This document shows positions 53,595 through 62,515 of a stretch of 64,000 nt of DNA, piece by piece (position 1 is the stretch's first letter; each line of letters opens with the position of its first letter). The stretch covers positions 3,557,064-3,621,063 of the forward strand of contig CBDCOH010000002.1 of assembly GCA_965219685.1 (NCBI GenBank). Reading direction: 5' to 3'. The stretch comes from Candidatus Spongiisociaceae bacterium. GTDB taxonomy: Bacteria > Actinomycetota > Acidimicrobiia > Spongiisociales > Spongiisociaceae. The notes beneath the pieces were generated by a model, which saw only the letters and a list, made by a program, of their open reading frames with translations, was not told where the DNA came from and did no database searches. The position numbers and the translations under genes were made by a program.

Positions 53595-55688
53595 TCAGGG
53601 TCGTGTCAGCCTGCTCGTCTGCCGGTAACTGCCGTCCTCTTCCAATCTGGTCAGGATCACTTCATCCGAGCCCTGATTGTCGCCGGGGCCGTAGCTGAGC
53701 GTGATGTCGCTGATCCTGATCGTCCCGGCTTGCTGGAAGACATCAACGAAGCACTCCCGGGTTAGATCGGGACAGGCCCGGAGACCCTCGATGGCCACGC
53801 GGCCTGCCAGGTAACCCTCAAGGGAGATGAACCCGGGATCTGCGTCCGGATTGAACGCCGACAGAGCGGTCTGATACTCGCGGACCACCTGTCGGGTCGT
53901 GTCATCCGGCAAGGGCGTCACTTGGGTCACGTACACGCCGGCGCCGCTCTCGCCGAGTCTGCCGAGTTCAGCTGCCAGAGCCTCGGTGCCCACGAACGAC
54001 ACCGCCATGAAGACGGGATCCTGTTCCAGGCGATCTCGTAGCAGCTCGATAGCCGCCGCCGCCGGTTTGTGGGCGCCGATGATGATGACCGCTTCCGGCC
54101 GCGCTTCCGAGATTTGGAATGACGCGCGCCTTATAGCAGTGGTGTTTCTCCGGTAGAACTCCGTTGCCACCGGTTCCAAGCCGCGGCGGTCAAGAGCCTG
54201 GCGCACACCCTCCAGCCCGTCCACGCCGTAGGTGTCGTTCTGGTAGAGCACGGCGACGCGCCGGACGTTCAAGTCCTTGGTGAGGCGTTCCACCATCTGC
54301 TCGGTTTCCTGGTGGTATGAGGCTCGGAAGTTGATTGTATTGCTCAGTTCGGGATCCTCGCGCAGGAAGCGGGCACCCGTGAACGGGGCGATGAAGGGAG
54401 CGCCATCAGCCCTCGCCAGCGGAGCCGATGTCTTGGAGGTGGGCGTACCCACCGCACCGATCAGCCCGAACACGTTCCCACTCTCCAGCAGCCGCTGGGT
54501 GTTGACAAAGGCCCTTTGGGCGTCGTAGCCGTCATCCTGCGTCGGGAGGAGGGTCAAACTGCGCCCGTGGACGCCGCCGCCACGGTTGGCCTCTGCGAAC
54601 GCGGCCCTGATGCCCAATTCCATCCCCTGGCCCAATACCGCCGATGGCCCGCTCAGGGCGGCGGACTGTCCGAAGTGGATCGCCGTGTCGGTAACGCCCG
54701 GAACGCCAACGGCTTCCTCCGGGGGCATCGATCCTGTGGGCGCCGGAGTGCCCAGCACGGCGGCGGCCAGGCTATCGACTTCGAATAGGAGCCGGTGCAG
54801 GATTGCGTCGTTCTCCTCGATGAGGTCCCGTTCGCCGGCGACCAGGTTGAGCCGTTGTTCCAGCACACCGGAGAATGCTCCTTGACCTGTCTCCAGGATC
54901 CGGCGAGCTCCTGGAACTATCCGCGGATCCAATAAGCGCCCATGGTTTGCCGTCAGAAACTCAAGGTTCGACTGCAACCGATCTGAGGCTGCCACGTAAT
55001 TTTCTTCGGTCAATCCGATGTATGACGGGTCCGCCCCGAGGAGCGACGAGACCAGGAACGTCCCTGCGGCGCCGATATCAGCGGCGAGTCCCTCCATGTG
55101 AGTGTATCGGAACATGTCATCCCGTAAGGACCACCTGATTTCATCGCTGGTGAGATCGTAGAAGTGCTCATCCGCACTCTCGCTGCCGGCGACTGCCATG
55201 ACACGGGCAAGACTGATGATTTCGGCAACTGTCTCGGCGTTCTGTCCCAACGCTGCCAACACTCGGGGCCTTCCTGCGGTAATTTGGCTCGTGTTCGCAA
55301 CCAGGCGGTCCGCCTGAACTCTGATGCGACCAACCTGTTCGTCGTAGCCTTTCCCGGCCAGGCTGTCCAGTTGTCGGTATAGCCCAGCCCGATGAACGGC
55401 CGCCTCTCGGGCAGCCTCGGCAAGGCTCTCCCGGGTCATGCCAAGGTGGCTGGTGGTAGATGCGACGGCAGCCAACTCGCTGGCGTGCCTGGTTATCCAC
55501 AGCGTGGCCGCAAGCACCTCCGCGTCGTTGTTGGCGACATCGCCGGTATCGACAGTGTCTTGCGCGCTCAAACTGCCCATCGATAGCCCCCCGATGGTCA
55601 GGGCCAGCGCTACGCCCAAGGCTGCAATCACGCCAAGGCGTCCTCGTCTCGCTGTACTAGTCGCGTTCACTGCGGTTCTCCTCCTCAT
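53595..55688 (-). CDS. Membrane-anchored protein: ~330-aa helical N-terminal extension plus LivK-type (branched-chain amino acid) substrate-binding domain
   Basis: The C-terminal half reads GVTDTAIHFGQSAALSGPSAVLGQGMELGIRAAFAEANRGGGVHGRSLTLL..DDGYD..GLIGAVGTPT. The anchor is GVIAALGVALALTIGGLSMG. The start was set at ATG 55686-88 and has a weak RBS. Confidence 0.7.
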   Translation of the reverse strand: MRRRTAVNATSTARRGRLGVIAALGVALALTIGGLSMGSLSAQDTVDTGDVANNDAEVLAATLWITRHASELAAVASTTSHLGMTRESLAEAAREAAVHRAGLYRQLDSLAGKGYDEQVGRIRVQADRLVANTSQITAGRPRVLAALGQNAETVAEIISLARVMAVAGSESADEHFYDLTSDEIRWSLRDDMFRYTHMEGLAADIGAAGTFLVSSLLGADPSYIGLTEENYVAASDRLQSNLEFLTANHGRLLDPRIVPGARRILETGQGAFSGVLEQRLNLVAGERDLIEENDAILHRLLFEVDSLAAAVLGTPAPTGSMPPEEAVGVPGVTDTAIHFGQSAALSGPSAVLGQGMELGIRAAFAEANRGGGVHGRSLTLLPTQDDGYDAQRAFVNTQRLLESGNVFGLIGAVGTPTSKTSAPLARADGAPFIAPFTGARFLREDPELSNTINFRASYHQETEQMVERLTKDLNVRRVAVLYQNDTYGVDGLEGVRQALDRRGLEPVATEFYRRNTTAIRRASFQISEARPEAVIIIGAHKPAAAAIELLRDRLEQDPVFMAVSFVGTEALAAELGRLGESGAGVYVTQVTPLPDDTTRQVVREYQTALSAFNPDADPGFISLEGYLAGRVAIEGLRACPDLTRECFVDVFQQAGTIRISDITLSYGPGDNQGSDEVILTRLEEDGSYRQTSRLTRP

Positions 55689-55938
55689 GTCTGGGAAGGC
55701 TCTCACACCAGGATTCTGGTCCTCGAGTTCTATTGGGTCGAGCCTAGCCCGCAGCTGTCGGCGCTGTAGTGGCCGTGGCGGTACTGATCGCATCGTCAGT
55801 GGCCGGTTGGCAGGCCCTCGGGGACCTGAATGATCAGTGCGACGTTGAGTGACGAAACTCCATTCCGGCTCCGGCTGATCTCATCGAGCAAACAGGTTCT
55901 AGTAGTTCTTGAGGCGGAGATTGCAGGCTCATCGCGTA

Positions 55939-56289
55939 TTAGTGGGGAGTGACGGCCGTTAGCAGGGTCCAGTTCGGTTTCCCCGCGTACAGGAGGGCCC
56001 GGATTCGGTAGTTCGCGAAGTTGCGGAACCCGAATGCTGCTCGCTTGATTCTCTTGATGAGGTTGTTGAGGGCTTCGGTTGGTCCGTTGGTCACCTTGGA
56101 AATGTGCCAGTTGGTGATCTGGGGGGTCCAGCGGGCGATCGTTCGGCCCAGCTTGTGGATCTCCGGTGGGCAGGATTCGTCTTGGAGGTCGTCGGCGAGT
56201 TGGAGGATGTGGTTCGGAGGGCAACGGCTGGGCTGTCGATCCCATAGCGTTGGCCATCGACGAGTTCCCTCCTCGGCCTGACACGCCAT
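55939..56289 (-). mobile_element. ISL3-family transposase C-terminal remnant (about 116 aa)
   Basis: ..ITNWHISKVTNGPTEALNNLIKRIKRAAFGFRNFANYRIRALLYAG.. matches the ISL3 C-terminal signature. The N-terminal ~300 aa is missing, and the break abuts the heptamer array. Confidence 0.7.
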
Positions 56290-56299
56290 CGTACCATGT

Positions 56300-56418
56300 G
56301 GTGAGTGGTGAGTGGTGAGTGGTGAGTGGTGAGTGGTGAGTGGTGAGTGGTGAGTGGTGAATGGTGAGTGGTGAATGGTGAATGGTGAATGGTGAATGGT
56401 GAATGGTGAATGGTGAAT
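56300..56418 (+). repeat. Longest heptamer array: 17 perfect-phase units, a GGTGAGT block then a GGTGAAT block
   Basis: 119 nt in exact 7-nt phase were read directly. One GGTGAAT is interleaved before the switch. Confidence 0.95.
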
Positions 56419-56512
56419 GGTGTAACTCTGGACGTTACTCGACTACCGGGCCAGGACCGACCACGATGAGCTAGCTAGGTGTGGTAGCCGTTCACGGTTA
56501 ACGGGCAACGGG

Positions 56513-57820
56513 TCAAAAGATCGTTGTCGCGGCGCCTACGACGTTGTAGTCGTCGTCAATGATGAGCAGGACCCGCCACTTGTCGAGGGTGGTGCAGGGA
56601 TGGGAAATCCCGACCCGGACCGGGGTGCCTACGGGGAGGAACGTGGGATCGTCGGGGCGCACGAATGCGTGCTGGTCGTTGAGTTCGACTATGGGAAGCG
56701 GACCGCCTCCCTCGGTGGGGAGTGGGTCGATCACCGAGGGGGAGCCCTCGTCGAAGCCGATGTCCCGGCGCCCGACGTTGAGCAGGGACAGGTCGGTCTG
56801 CGGTCTCGACACGACGGTGGCGCCCACCTCGAGTGCTCCCCGGAAGGGCGTGTAGGCCCAGCCGGGCTGGACGCTGGGTCCGACCGCGGCGTAGTGCCCG
56901 TGGTCGTGGACCAGGTAGCAGCCCGACCGGATGACCAGGCGGTAGGAGTCGATGGCGGCGAGTTCGCCGTGTATGTACTCGCTGACGATCTCGAAGATCT
57001 CCGAGCCTCCGATGCTCAGGACCGGCGGGTGGTCGGTGGCGAAGACTCCCATTCGGTGGAAGTCGCGGAAGGTGCTGGTGACCGTGCCGAGGTATGAGTT
57101 GACCGACGCCAGGCTCTCCGATGAGCGGTCCTCGCCGGCGGGTCCCTCGTATGCTCCTATGCCGCCGACGACCCCGGTTCCTGTCCTGCCGATCTCGCGT
57201 GCCACGGCCTCGGCCTCGGCCCGGCTGCGGCAGCCGGTGCGCCCGTTCGGCACGCCGATGTCGATCAGGAACCGGAGACCGGTGGGGTCCACCCCGGTAG
57301 CGTCGATGGCTGCCCGGTAGGCCCTCACCACTGCCACCGAGTCGACGAAGCTGTAGATCACCGTGCCGGGCTCCGCCGCTAGGCGGACCAGGGTCTCCAG
57401 CGCCACGGGGTCGGCGGCTTCGTTGGCCAGGAGGATCCGGCGTATCCCGAAGCGGTGGGCGGTGACCGCCTGGTGCGGCAGGGCCACCGTCATGGCCCAC
57501 GTCCCGTTCTCGAACTGGAGATTCCACAGGGCCGGGGCCATGGTCGTCTTGCCGTGGGGGGCGAGGAGGACAGCGTTGTCGGCGCACCACCGGCCCATCA
57601 CCTCGGCGTTGTGATGCAGGGCCCTCTGCCGGAGCATGGCGAAGGGGGTGGGGAGGTCCCGGAGAGCGTTCAGGCCCGCCGAGGATAGCCGTGCCGGGGT
57701 CCAGGGCCTGCCGCCGGCTTCGGGAGGTAGGCCCTTCAATCCGGGTGGCAGGGGGATGCGGTCCAGTGATCGGAGCGCCTCCTGCATCACGTCGTAGTCG
57801 ATTCCGGCTGGTTGTGCCAT
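56513..57820 (-). CDS. PLP-dependent D-serine/D-threonine dehydratase/aldolase-like enzyme (alanine-racemase N-terminal fold)
   Basis: ..AVLLAPHGKTTMAPALWNLQ..GIRRILLANE... is followed by a C-terminal beta domain. Confidence 0.6.
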   Translation of the reverse strand: MAQPAGIDYDVMQEALRSLDRIPLPPGLKGLPPEAGGRPWTPARLSSAGLNALRDLPTPFAMLRQRALHHNAEVMGRWCADNAVLLAPHGKTTMAPALWNLQFENGTWAMTVALPHQAVTAHRFGIRRILLANEAADPVALETLVRLAAEPGTVIYSFVDSVAVVRAYRAAIDATGVDPTGLRFLIDIGVPNGRTGCRSRAEAEAVAREIGRTGTGVVGGIGAYEGPAGEDRSSESLASVNSYLGTVTSTFRDFHRMGVFATDHPPVLSIGGSEIFEIVSEYIHGELAAIDSYRLVIRSGCYLVHDHGHYAAVGPSVQPGWAYTPFRGALEVGATVVSRPQTDLSLLNVGRRDIGFDEGSPSVIDPLPTEGGGPLPIVELNDQHAFVRPDDPTFLPVGTPVRVGISHPCTTLDKWRVLLIIDDDYNVVGAATTIF

Positions 57821-57947
57821 CTTTGCTCCACGGCGATGGTCCGGGTGCCCGTGCTACGGTCATGCTACATCGTCGACGCGACGGGTCCTCGACGCAGCGG
57901 CTGACGGGACATGGTTCTGGCCACCGACACGCAGGGACTCGATCGAA

Positions 57948-58886
57948 ATGCTCACCATCCAACCGGACGACCTCAAGTTCGACTACAGCCCGCACCACAA
58001 GCCGGTGGCGACCATCCGTCCCGGCGAGCGGGCCCTGGTCCGCACCGTTGACTGCTTCACGGGAAGATTCCAGACCCCCGAAGGGTTCACCGAGGAGAAC
58101 GTGCGCTGGACGCACGAGTACCTCGACGGTGTGACCGGCCCGATCGCCGTGGAGGGTGTCCAGGCCGGCGACACGGTCGCGGTCACTCTCCACTCGGTCA
58201 AACCGAACAGTGTCGGCTCCGTGGTGCTCAGCCGCTGCGAGGCGCATTCGGTATACGACTGGTGGGAGGAGGAGTTCGCCTGCGACGGGCTGGTGATCGA
58301 AGGCGACACCATCGACGTCTTCGGGATCAGCCTGCCGATCGACCCGGTGGTGGGTTGCATCGCCGTGGCCCCGGCACGGGAGTCGGTGCTCAGCATCAAG
58401 CAGGGCCGCTACGGGGGCAACCTCGACTGCGATCTCATCAGGGAAGGAGCGACCGTCCTACTCGGCGCGGAGGTGGACGGCGCCAACCTGTACCTCGGTG
58501 ACAGCAAGGCCGTGCTGGGGCGGGGCGAGGTGTGCCAGCCGCCGGAGATCGGCACCGACGTCGAGATCAGCGTCGAGGTCGTGGAAGGAATGGTCGGTGC
58601 CGACCTGGTCGGCCCCCGGCTGGTGTCGGAAGACACCATCGCATCGGTCGTCTCGCATCCCAGCCTGGTGGAAGCGGGCCGGATGGCCTTCAAGGACCTC
58701 CTCAACTGGCTGGACGGAGCCACCGAGATGTCCCGCCCCGAGTTGGGCGTCTTCATGGCCTCCGTCGCCGACGTCGGGGTTTGCCAGGTTTCCAACAGCC
58801 TGCCCACGGCCCTCTGCGAGATCCCGCGCAAGTACGTGGAGTTGCTGGATCCGGCGTCCGGGCATGCTCTGACCGACGCGGGGTAG
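57948..58886 (+). CDS. Acetamidase/formamidase family protein
   Basis: ..PVATIRPGERALVRTVDCFTG...TGPIAVEGVQAGDTVAVTLHSV... Confidence 0.65.
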   Translation: MLTIQPDDLKFDYSPHHKPVATIRPGERALVRTVDCFTGRFQTPEGFTEENVRWTHEYLDGVTGPIAVEGVQAGDTVAVTLHSVKPNSVGSVVLSRCEAHSVYDWWEEEFACDGLVIEGDTIDVFGISLPIDPVVGCIAVAPARESVLSIKQGRYGGNLDCDLIREGATVLLGAEVDGANLYLGDSKAVLGRGEVCQPPEIGTDVEISVEVVEGMVGADLVGPRLVSEDTIASVVSHPSLVEAGRMAFKDLLNWLDGATEMSRPELGVFMASVADVGVCQVSNSLPTALCEIPRKYVELLDPASGHALTDAG

Positions 58887-58909
58887 CCTCCGCCGGTACG
58901 CTCCGGGGC

Positions 58910-59971
58910 ATGATGGAGGCGCAGACGGTTCTGGGGCCGGTGCCGGCGGATCAACTAGGACCCACCCTGATGCACGAGCACGTCCTCGTCGACCTCACCT
59001 GCTACTGGAGCGAGCCCGAGGATCCCGCCGACCGCCAATTGGCCCGGGTCAAAGTGGCCGAGGTGAGCCGTTACACGATCCTCGGTACGCCGGTGGGGCG
59101 CTCCACGATGATGATCCTCGACAACCTGGTGTGCGACGATGTGCGGATGGCCGCCGAAGAACTCCGGCACTTCGGGAATGCCGGAGGGGGGACCATCGTC
59201 GACCTGACCATGGACGGGATCGGCACCGGCCCGGAGCGCCGGCGCGATGTCCTGGGGGTTCGGGAGGTGTCTTCCCGCTCCGGTGTCCACATAGTGGCGG
59301 GGACTGGCTACTACGTACACCTGTCCCATCCGGATCATGTGGCCTCGTCGAGCGTTGCCGAACTCGCCGGCGGGATGGTGACCGAGCTGGAGGAGGGCAT
59401 CGCGGGTACCGGGGTGAAGGCGGGGATCATCGGGGAGATCGGCCTTTCGGCTGAGCCGCACCCCGACGAACTCAAGGTCCTTGACGCGGCCGCGGTGGCG
59501 TCGCTGGAGACCGGGTTCACGATCAACCTGCACATCGAGCCGGGTTCTCCCACCGGGCATCACGCCGCCCGGCGGCTGCTCGATCGATCCGTCCCGCCCG
59601 GGCGTATCGTGGTCGGCCACGTGGACGGTTTCATCGACAGGGACTACCTGTACACCCTCCTGTCGCTGGGAGTCACGATCGAGTTCGAGGGTTTCCATCT
59701 GGACGGATGGCAGGGAGGCCGGTTCGGTTTCGACAGCGCCACCGACGCGGAGCGGATCGACATGATCGCCCGCCTTGTCGAAGAGGGCTACGCAACGCAG
59801 ATCGTCCTGGCCCAGGACCTGTGTACCAAGCAGATGTACCGCCGCTACGGCGGTGTGGGCTACGACTTCGTACCCGCCGGGGTGGTGCCCCGCCTGCAAG
59901 ACGCGGGCGTTCCCCCCTCCGCCATCGACACGATGCTGATCCACAACCCCGCCAGACTCCTGAGCCGCTGA
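58910..59971 (+). CDS. Phosphotriesterase-related (PTER/aryldialkylphosphatase family) metal hydrolase
   Basis: MMEAQTVLGPVPADQLGPTLMHEHVLVDL...GIIGEIG...VVGHVD... Confidence 0.7.
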   Translation: MMEAQTVLGPVPADQLGPTLMHEHVLVDLTCYWSEPEDPADRQLARVKVAEVSRYTILGTPVGRSTMMILDNLVCDDVRMAAEELRHFGNAGGGTIVDLTMDGIGTGPERRRDVLGVREVSSRSGVHIVAGTGYYVHLSHPDHVASSSVAELAGGMVTELEEGIAGTGVKAGIIGEIGLSAEPHPDELKVLDAAAVASLETGFTINLHIEPGSPTGHHAARRLLDRSVPPGRIVVGHVDGFIDRDYLYTLLSLGVTIEFEGFHLDGWQGGRFGFDSATDAERIDMIARLVEEGYATQIVLAQDLCTKQMYRRYGGVGYDFVPAGVVPRLQDAGVPPSAIDTMLIHNPARLLSR

Positions 59972-60351
59972 CGGGTCACGGTCACAACGCCTATACCTGC
60001 TGTCGTAATCGCTTCTACAGCTGCTAAACGCCCACCCCGTGAGATGCATGGTCCTTGATGGAGGCGCCTCCGAACTGATGCAAATGAAACATTCCACCGG
60101 GTACGTAACAGCTGCCAAAGCGGCCTGTGCTAACCGTGAAGGGTGGAGATGGAGTGAAAGTTCCTCCACGGCTTCATCCACCCTTGTTTGGGAACGCCTC
60201 CAAAGTTAGATGCTGTCAATATCGCGTCACCGGTGACGACATAACCGAGAGTTATGCACAAGTTTTTTTGGGCATTCCGGGACCCGCCAGCAAGGGCGAC
60301 CGTATACTCGATTTCGTGTCCCTAGAGGCGTCACGACGATTGGAGGATGCC

Positions 60352-62343
60352 ATGGCAGACCACCGGAACCGACGATCTACACAGCGCGGACGGGGACGAT
60401 TCTCCGGCCCGGTCTCCATTCTGGCCCTGCTACTGGCGCTAGCGCTGGTGGCGGCGGCCTGCGGCGAGGACGCGTCGGTGGACGAGGTGGCCGACGCGCA
60501 GGCACAGGCTGCGGCCGCCCAGTCTGAAGCGGCGACGGCTCAGGCGGAAGCGGAAGCGGCGGCGGCGGCGCTGGCCCAGGCTCAAGCCGACCTGGAAGCA
60601 GCCGAGGCTGCGGCCTCCGCAGCCATGGAGGGGGACGAGGCCTCCCAGTCGGAGTTGGCCGCCGCGCAGGCTGCCCTTGAGGAAGCCGAGCAAAGGGCCG
60701 CGGAGGCGGTTGAAGCTTCCGAGGCGGCGCTGGCCGCCGCGGAGTCCGCTCTCGAAGAGGCCGAGCAGATGCTCGACGAGGCGATGGAGGAAGAGGAGGC
60801 GGCGCCTGCCACCACCGAGGCGATGATGGAGGAGGAGATGGGGACGGTCACCATCGCGGTGCCCACCGACATCGCCACCTTCGACCCCAACGGTGTGACC
60901 GGGGTCCGCGACCTCGACATGTACATCAACCTGTACTCCGGCCTGACCCGCCACAGTGTGATACCTTCGGCGCTCGCCGAGGGCCACTACGAGTGGGACC
61001 GGGTGGAGGTCGATCCCAACCTGGCCGAGTCGATCGACATATCCGACGATGGCACCGTCTACACCTTCAAGATCCGGGAAGGTTTGAGCTTCCCGAGCGG
61101 GAACCCCTTGACAGCCAAGGACTTCCACTACTCGTGGGAGCGCGGCCTGGCCCACACCGGCAGCATCACGGACTTCGAACTCGGCGTGATCGAAGTATCC
61201 GACATGAACCAGGTGGAGGTGCTCGACGACTACACGCTGCAGGTGACCCTGCCGCGGCCCAACCCCAGGGTTCTGCGGGTGCTGTCCCTGTCGGTCATGT
61301 CGGCCGTCGACTCCGAACTGCTCAAGTCGGAGGCCACCGACGACGACCCCTGGGCGGATGAGTACGCCCGGAACAACCCGGCCGGGTACGGCCCGTACGT
61401 GCTGGTGGAGCGGGAAGTAGGCACCCGGATGGTGTTCGAACCCAACCCCGACTGGTGGGATTCCGAATCGGCAGGCCAGTCGAGGATCGTCTACCAGGTG
61501 GTTCCGGAGGAGGCCCAGCGGCTGCTGCTGGTCCAGCAGGGCGCCATCGATCTGGCCTACGCCATGTCGGCCCGGACCGCCCAGCGAGCCGGAGACGACG
61601 TGCAGGTCCTCGACTTCCCGACCTTCGCCCAGCGGTACCTGGGCCTGAACCAGACCAAGGCGCCGTACAACATCCTGGAGGTCCGCCAGGCGATCGCCTA
61701 CGCGATCGACTACGAACGGATCATCGCCGAGGTCTACTTCGGTAGCTCCCAGCGCCTGCTCTCGCCTTTCCCGACCGGCCATCAAGGCTGGAGGGATTCG
61801 TGGCCGTACAGCCCGGACATCGAAAGGGCCAAGGCCCTGCTGGCCGAGGCCGGCTATCCGGACGGGTTCGACGCCGAGATGCTCGTTTACGGCGACCTGC
61901 CCGAGATCGAGGCGTCCACGGTGCTGATCCAGAGTGACTTGGAGAAGATCGGGATCAACCTCGGGGCCCGCAGCGTCACCGGAGCGGAGTTCTTCGGGCT
62001 GGTGACTCCGGGGACCGACGACTTCGACATGGCGATCATCCCGTGCACGCCCTGGCTGCCCGAGGTCTGGTACACGTCGAACCTGCTGCTCCATTCGGGC
62101 ACGACCTGTTCGATCACCTACAACAATCCCGTGGTGGACGCGCTGGTCCAGGACATGAAGGCGGCGGCCACGACCGAGGAAGCCATCCCTCCGGCCCAAC
62201 GAGCCCAGGAACTGTGGGAGCAGGACGTCGGGTTCATCCCGATCGCCCAGCCCAACCAGGTCCAGATCCTGAGCAAGGACCTCAAGGGCTTCCTGCTGAC
62301 CAACGAGGACGAGTCGGTGTACTTCGCCTATCTCCATAAGTGA
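60352..62343 (+). CDS. Lipoprotein ABC substrate-binding protein, family 5 (peptide/nickel type), with a ~115-aa Ala/Glu-rich N-terminal spacer
   Basis: RBS ggagg precedes ATG 60352. The lipobox is LVAAACGED. An AQAQAAAAQSEAATAQAEAEAAAA..EEAEQMLDEAMEEEE spacer follows, then the SBP_bac_5-like body (..FDPNGVTGVRD..YGPYVLVERE..). Confidence 0.75.
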   Translation: MADHRNRRSTQRGRGRFSGPVSILALLLALALVAAACGEDASVDEVADAQAQAAAAQSEAATAQAEAEAAAAALAQAQADLEAAEAAASAAMEGDEASQSELAAAQAALEEAEQRAAEAVEASEAALAAAESALEEAEQMLDEAMEEEEAAPATTEAMMEEEMGTVTIAVPTDIATFDPNGVTGVRDLDMYINLYSGLTRHSVIPSALAEGHYEWDRVEVDPNLAESIDISDDGTVYTFKIREGLSFPSGNPLTAKDFHYSWERGLAHTGSITDFELGVIEVSDMNQVEVLDDYTLQVTLPRPNPRVLRVLSLSVMSAVDSELLKSEATDDDPWADEYARNNPAGYGPYVLVEREVGTRMVFEPNPDWWDSESAGQSRIVYQVVPEEAQRLLLVQQGAIDLAYAMSARTAQRAGDDVQVLDFPTFAQRYLGLNQTKAPYNILEVRQAIAYAIDYERIIAEVYFGSSQRLLSPFPTGHQGWRDSWPYSPDIERAKALLAEAGYPDGFDAEMLVYGDLPEIEASTVLIQSDLEKIGINLGARSVTGAEFFGLVTPGTDDFDMAIIPCTPWLPEVWYTSNLLLHSGTTCSITYNNPVVDALVQDMKAAATTEEAIPPAQRAQELWEQDVGFIPIAQPNQVQILSKDLKGFLLTNEDESVYFAYLHK

Positions 62344-62361
62344 TAGGACGCATGCATGAAC

Positions 62362-62395
62362 GGAATGGGTTCGGGCTGTTGCCCGGGCCCATTCC
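62362..62395 (+). promoter_or_regulatory. Intercistronic stem-loop after the SBP gene
   Basis: ggaatgggttcgggc-tgtt-gcccgggcccattcc, with a 2-nt internal mismatch. Confidence 0.5.
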
Positions 62396-62515
62396 TCCAT
62401 TGCGTGAGAGTTGATCTGTCCGCCGAAAGCCGGCGCGCCTGGCTCCGGAGCGCGGATTCACATCGCAGGCGGGATGGGCCGCGGGTCGCGCATGCGGACC
62501 GCTAGCTTCTAGCCG

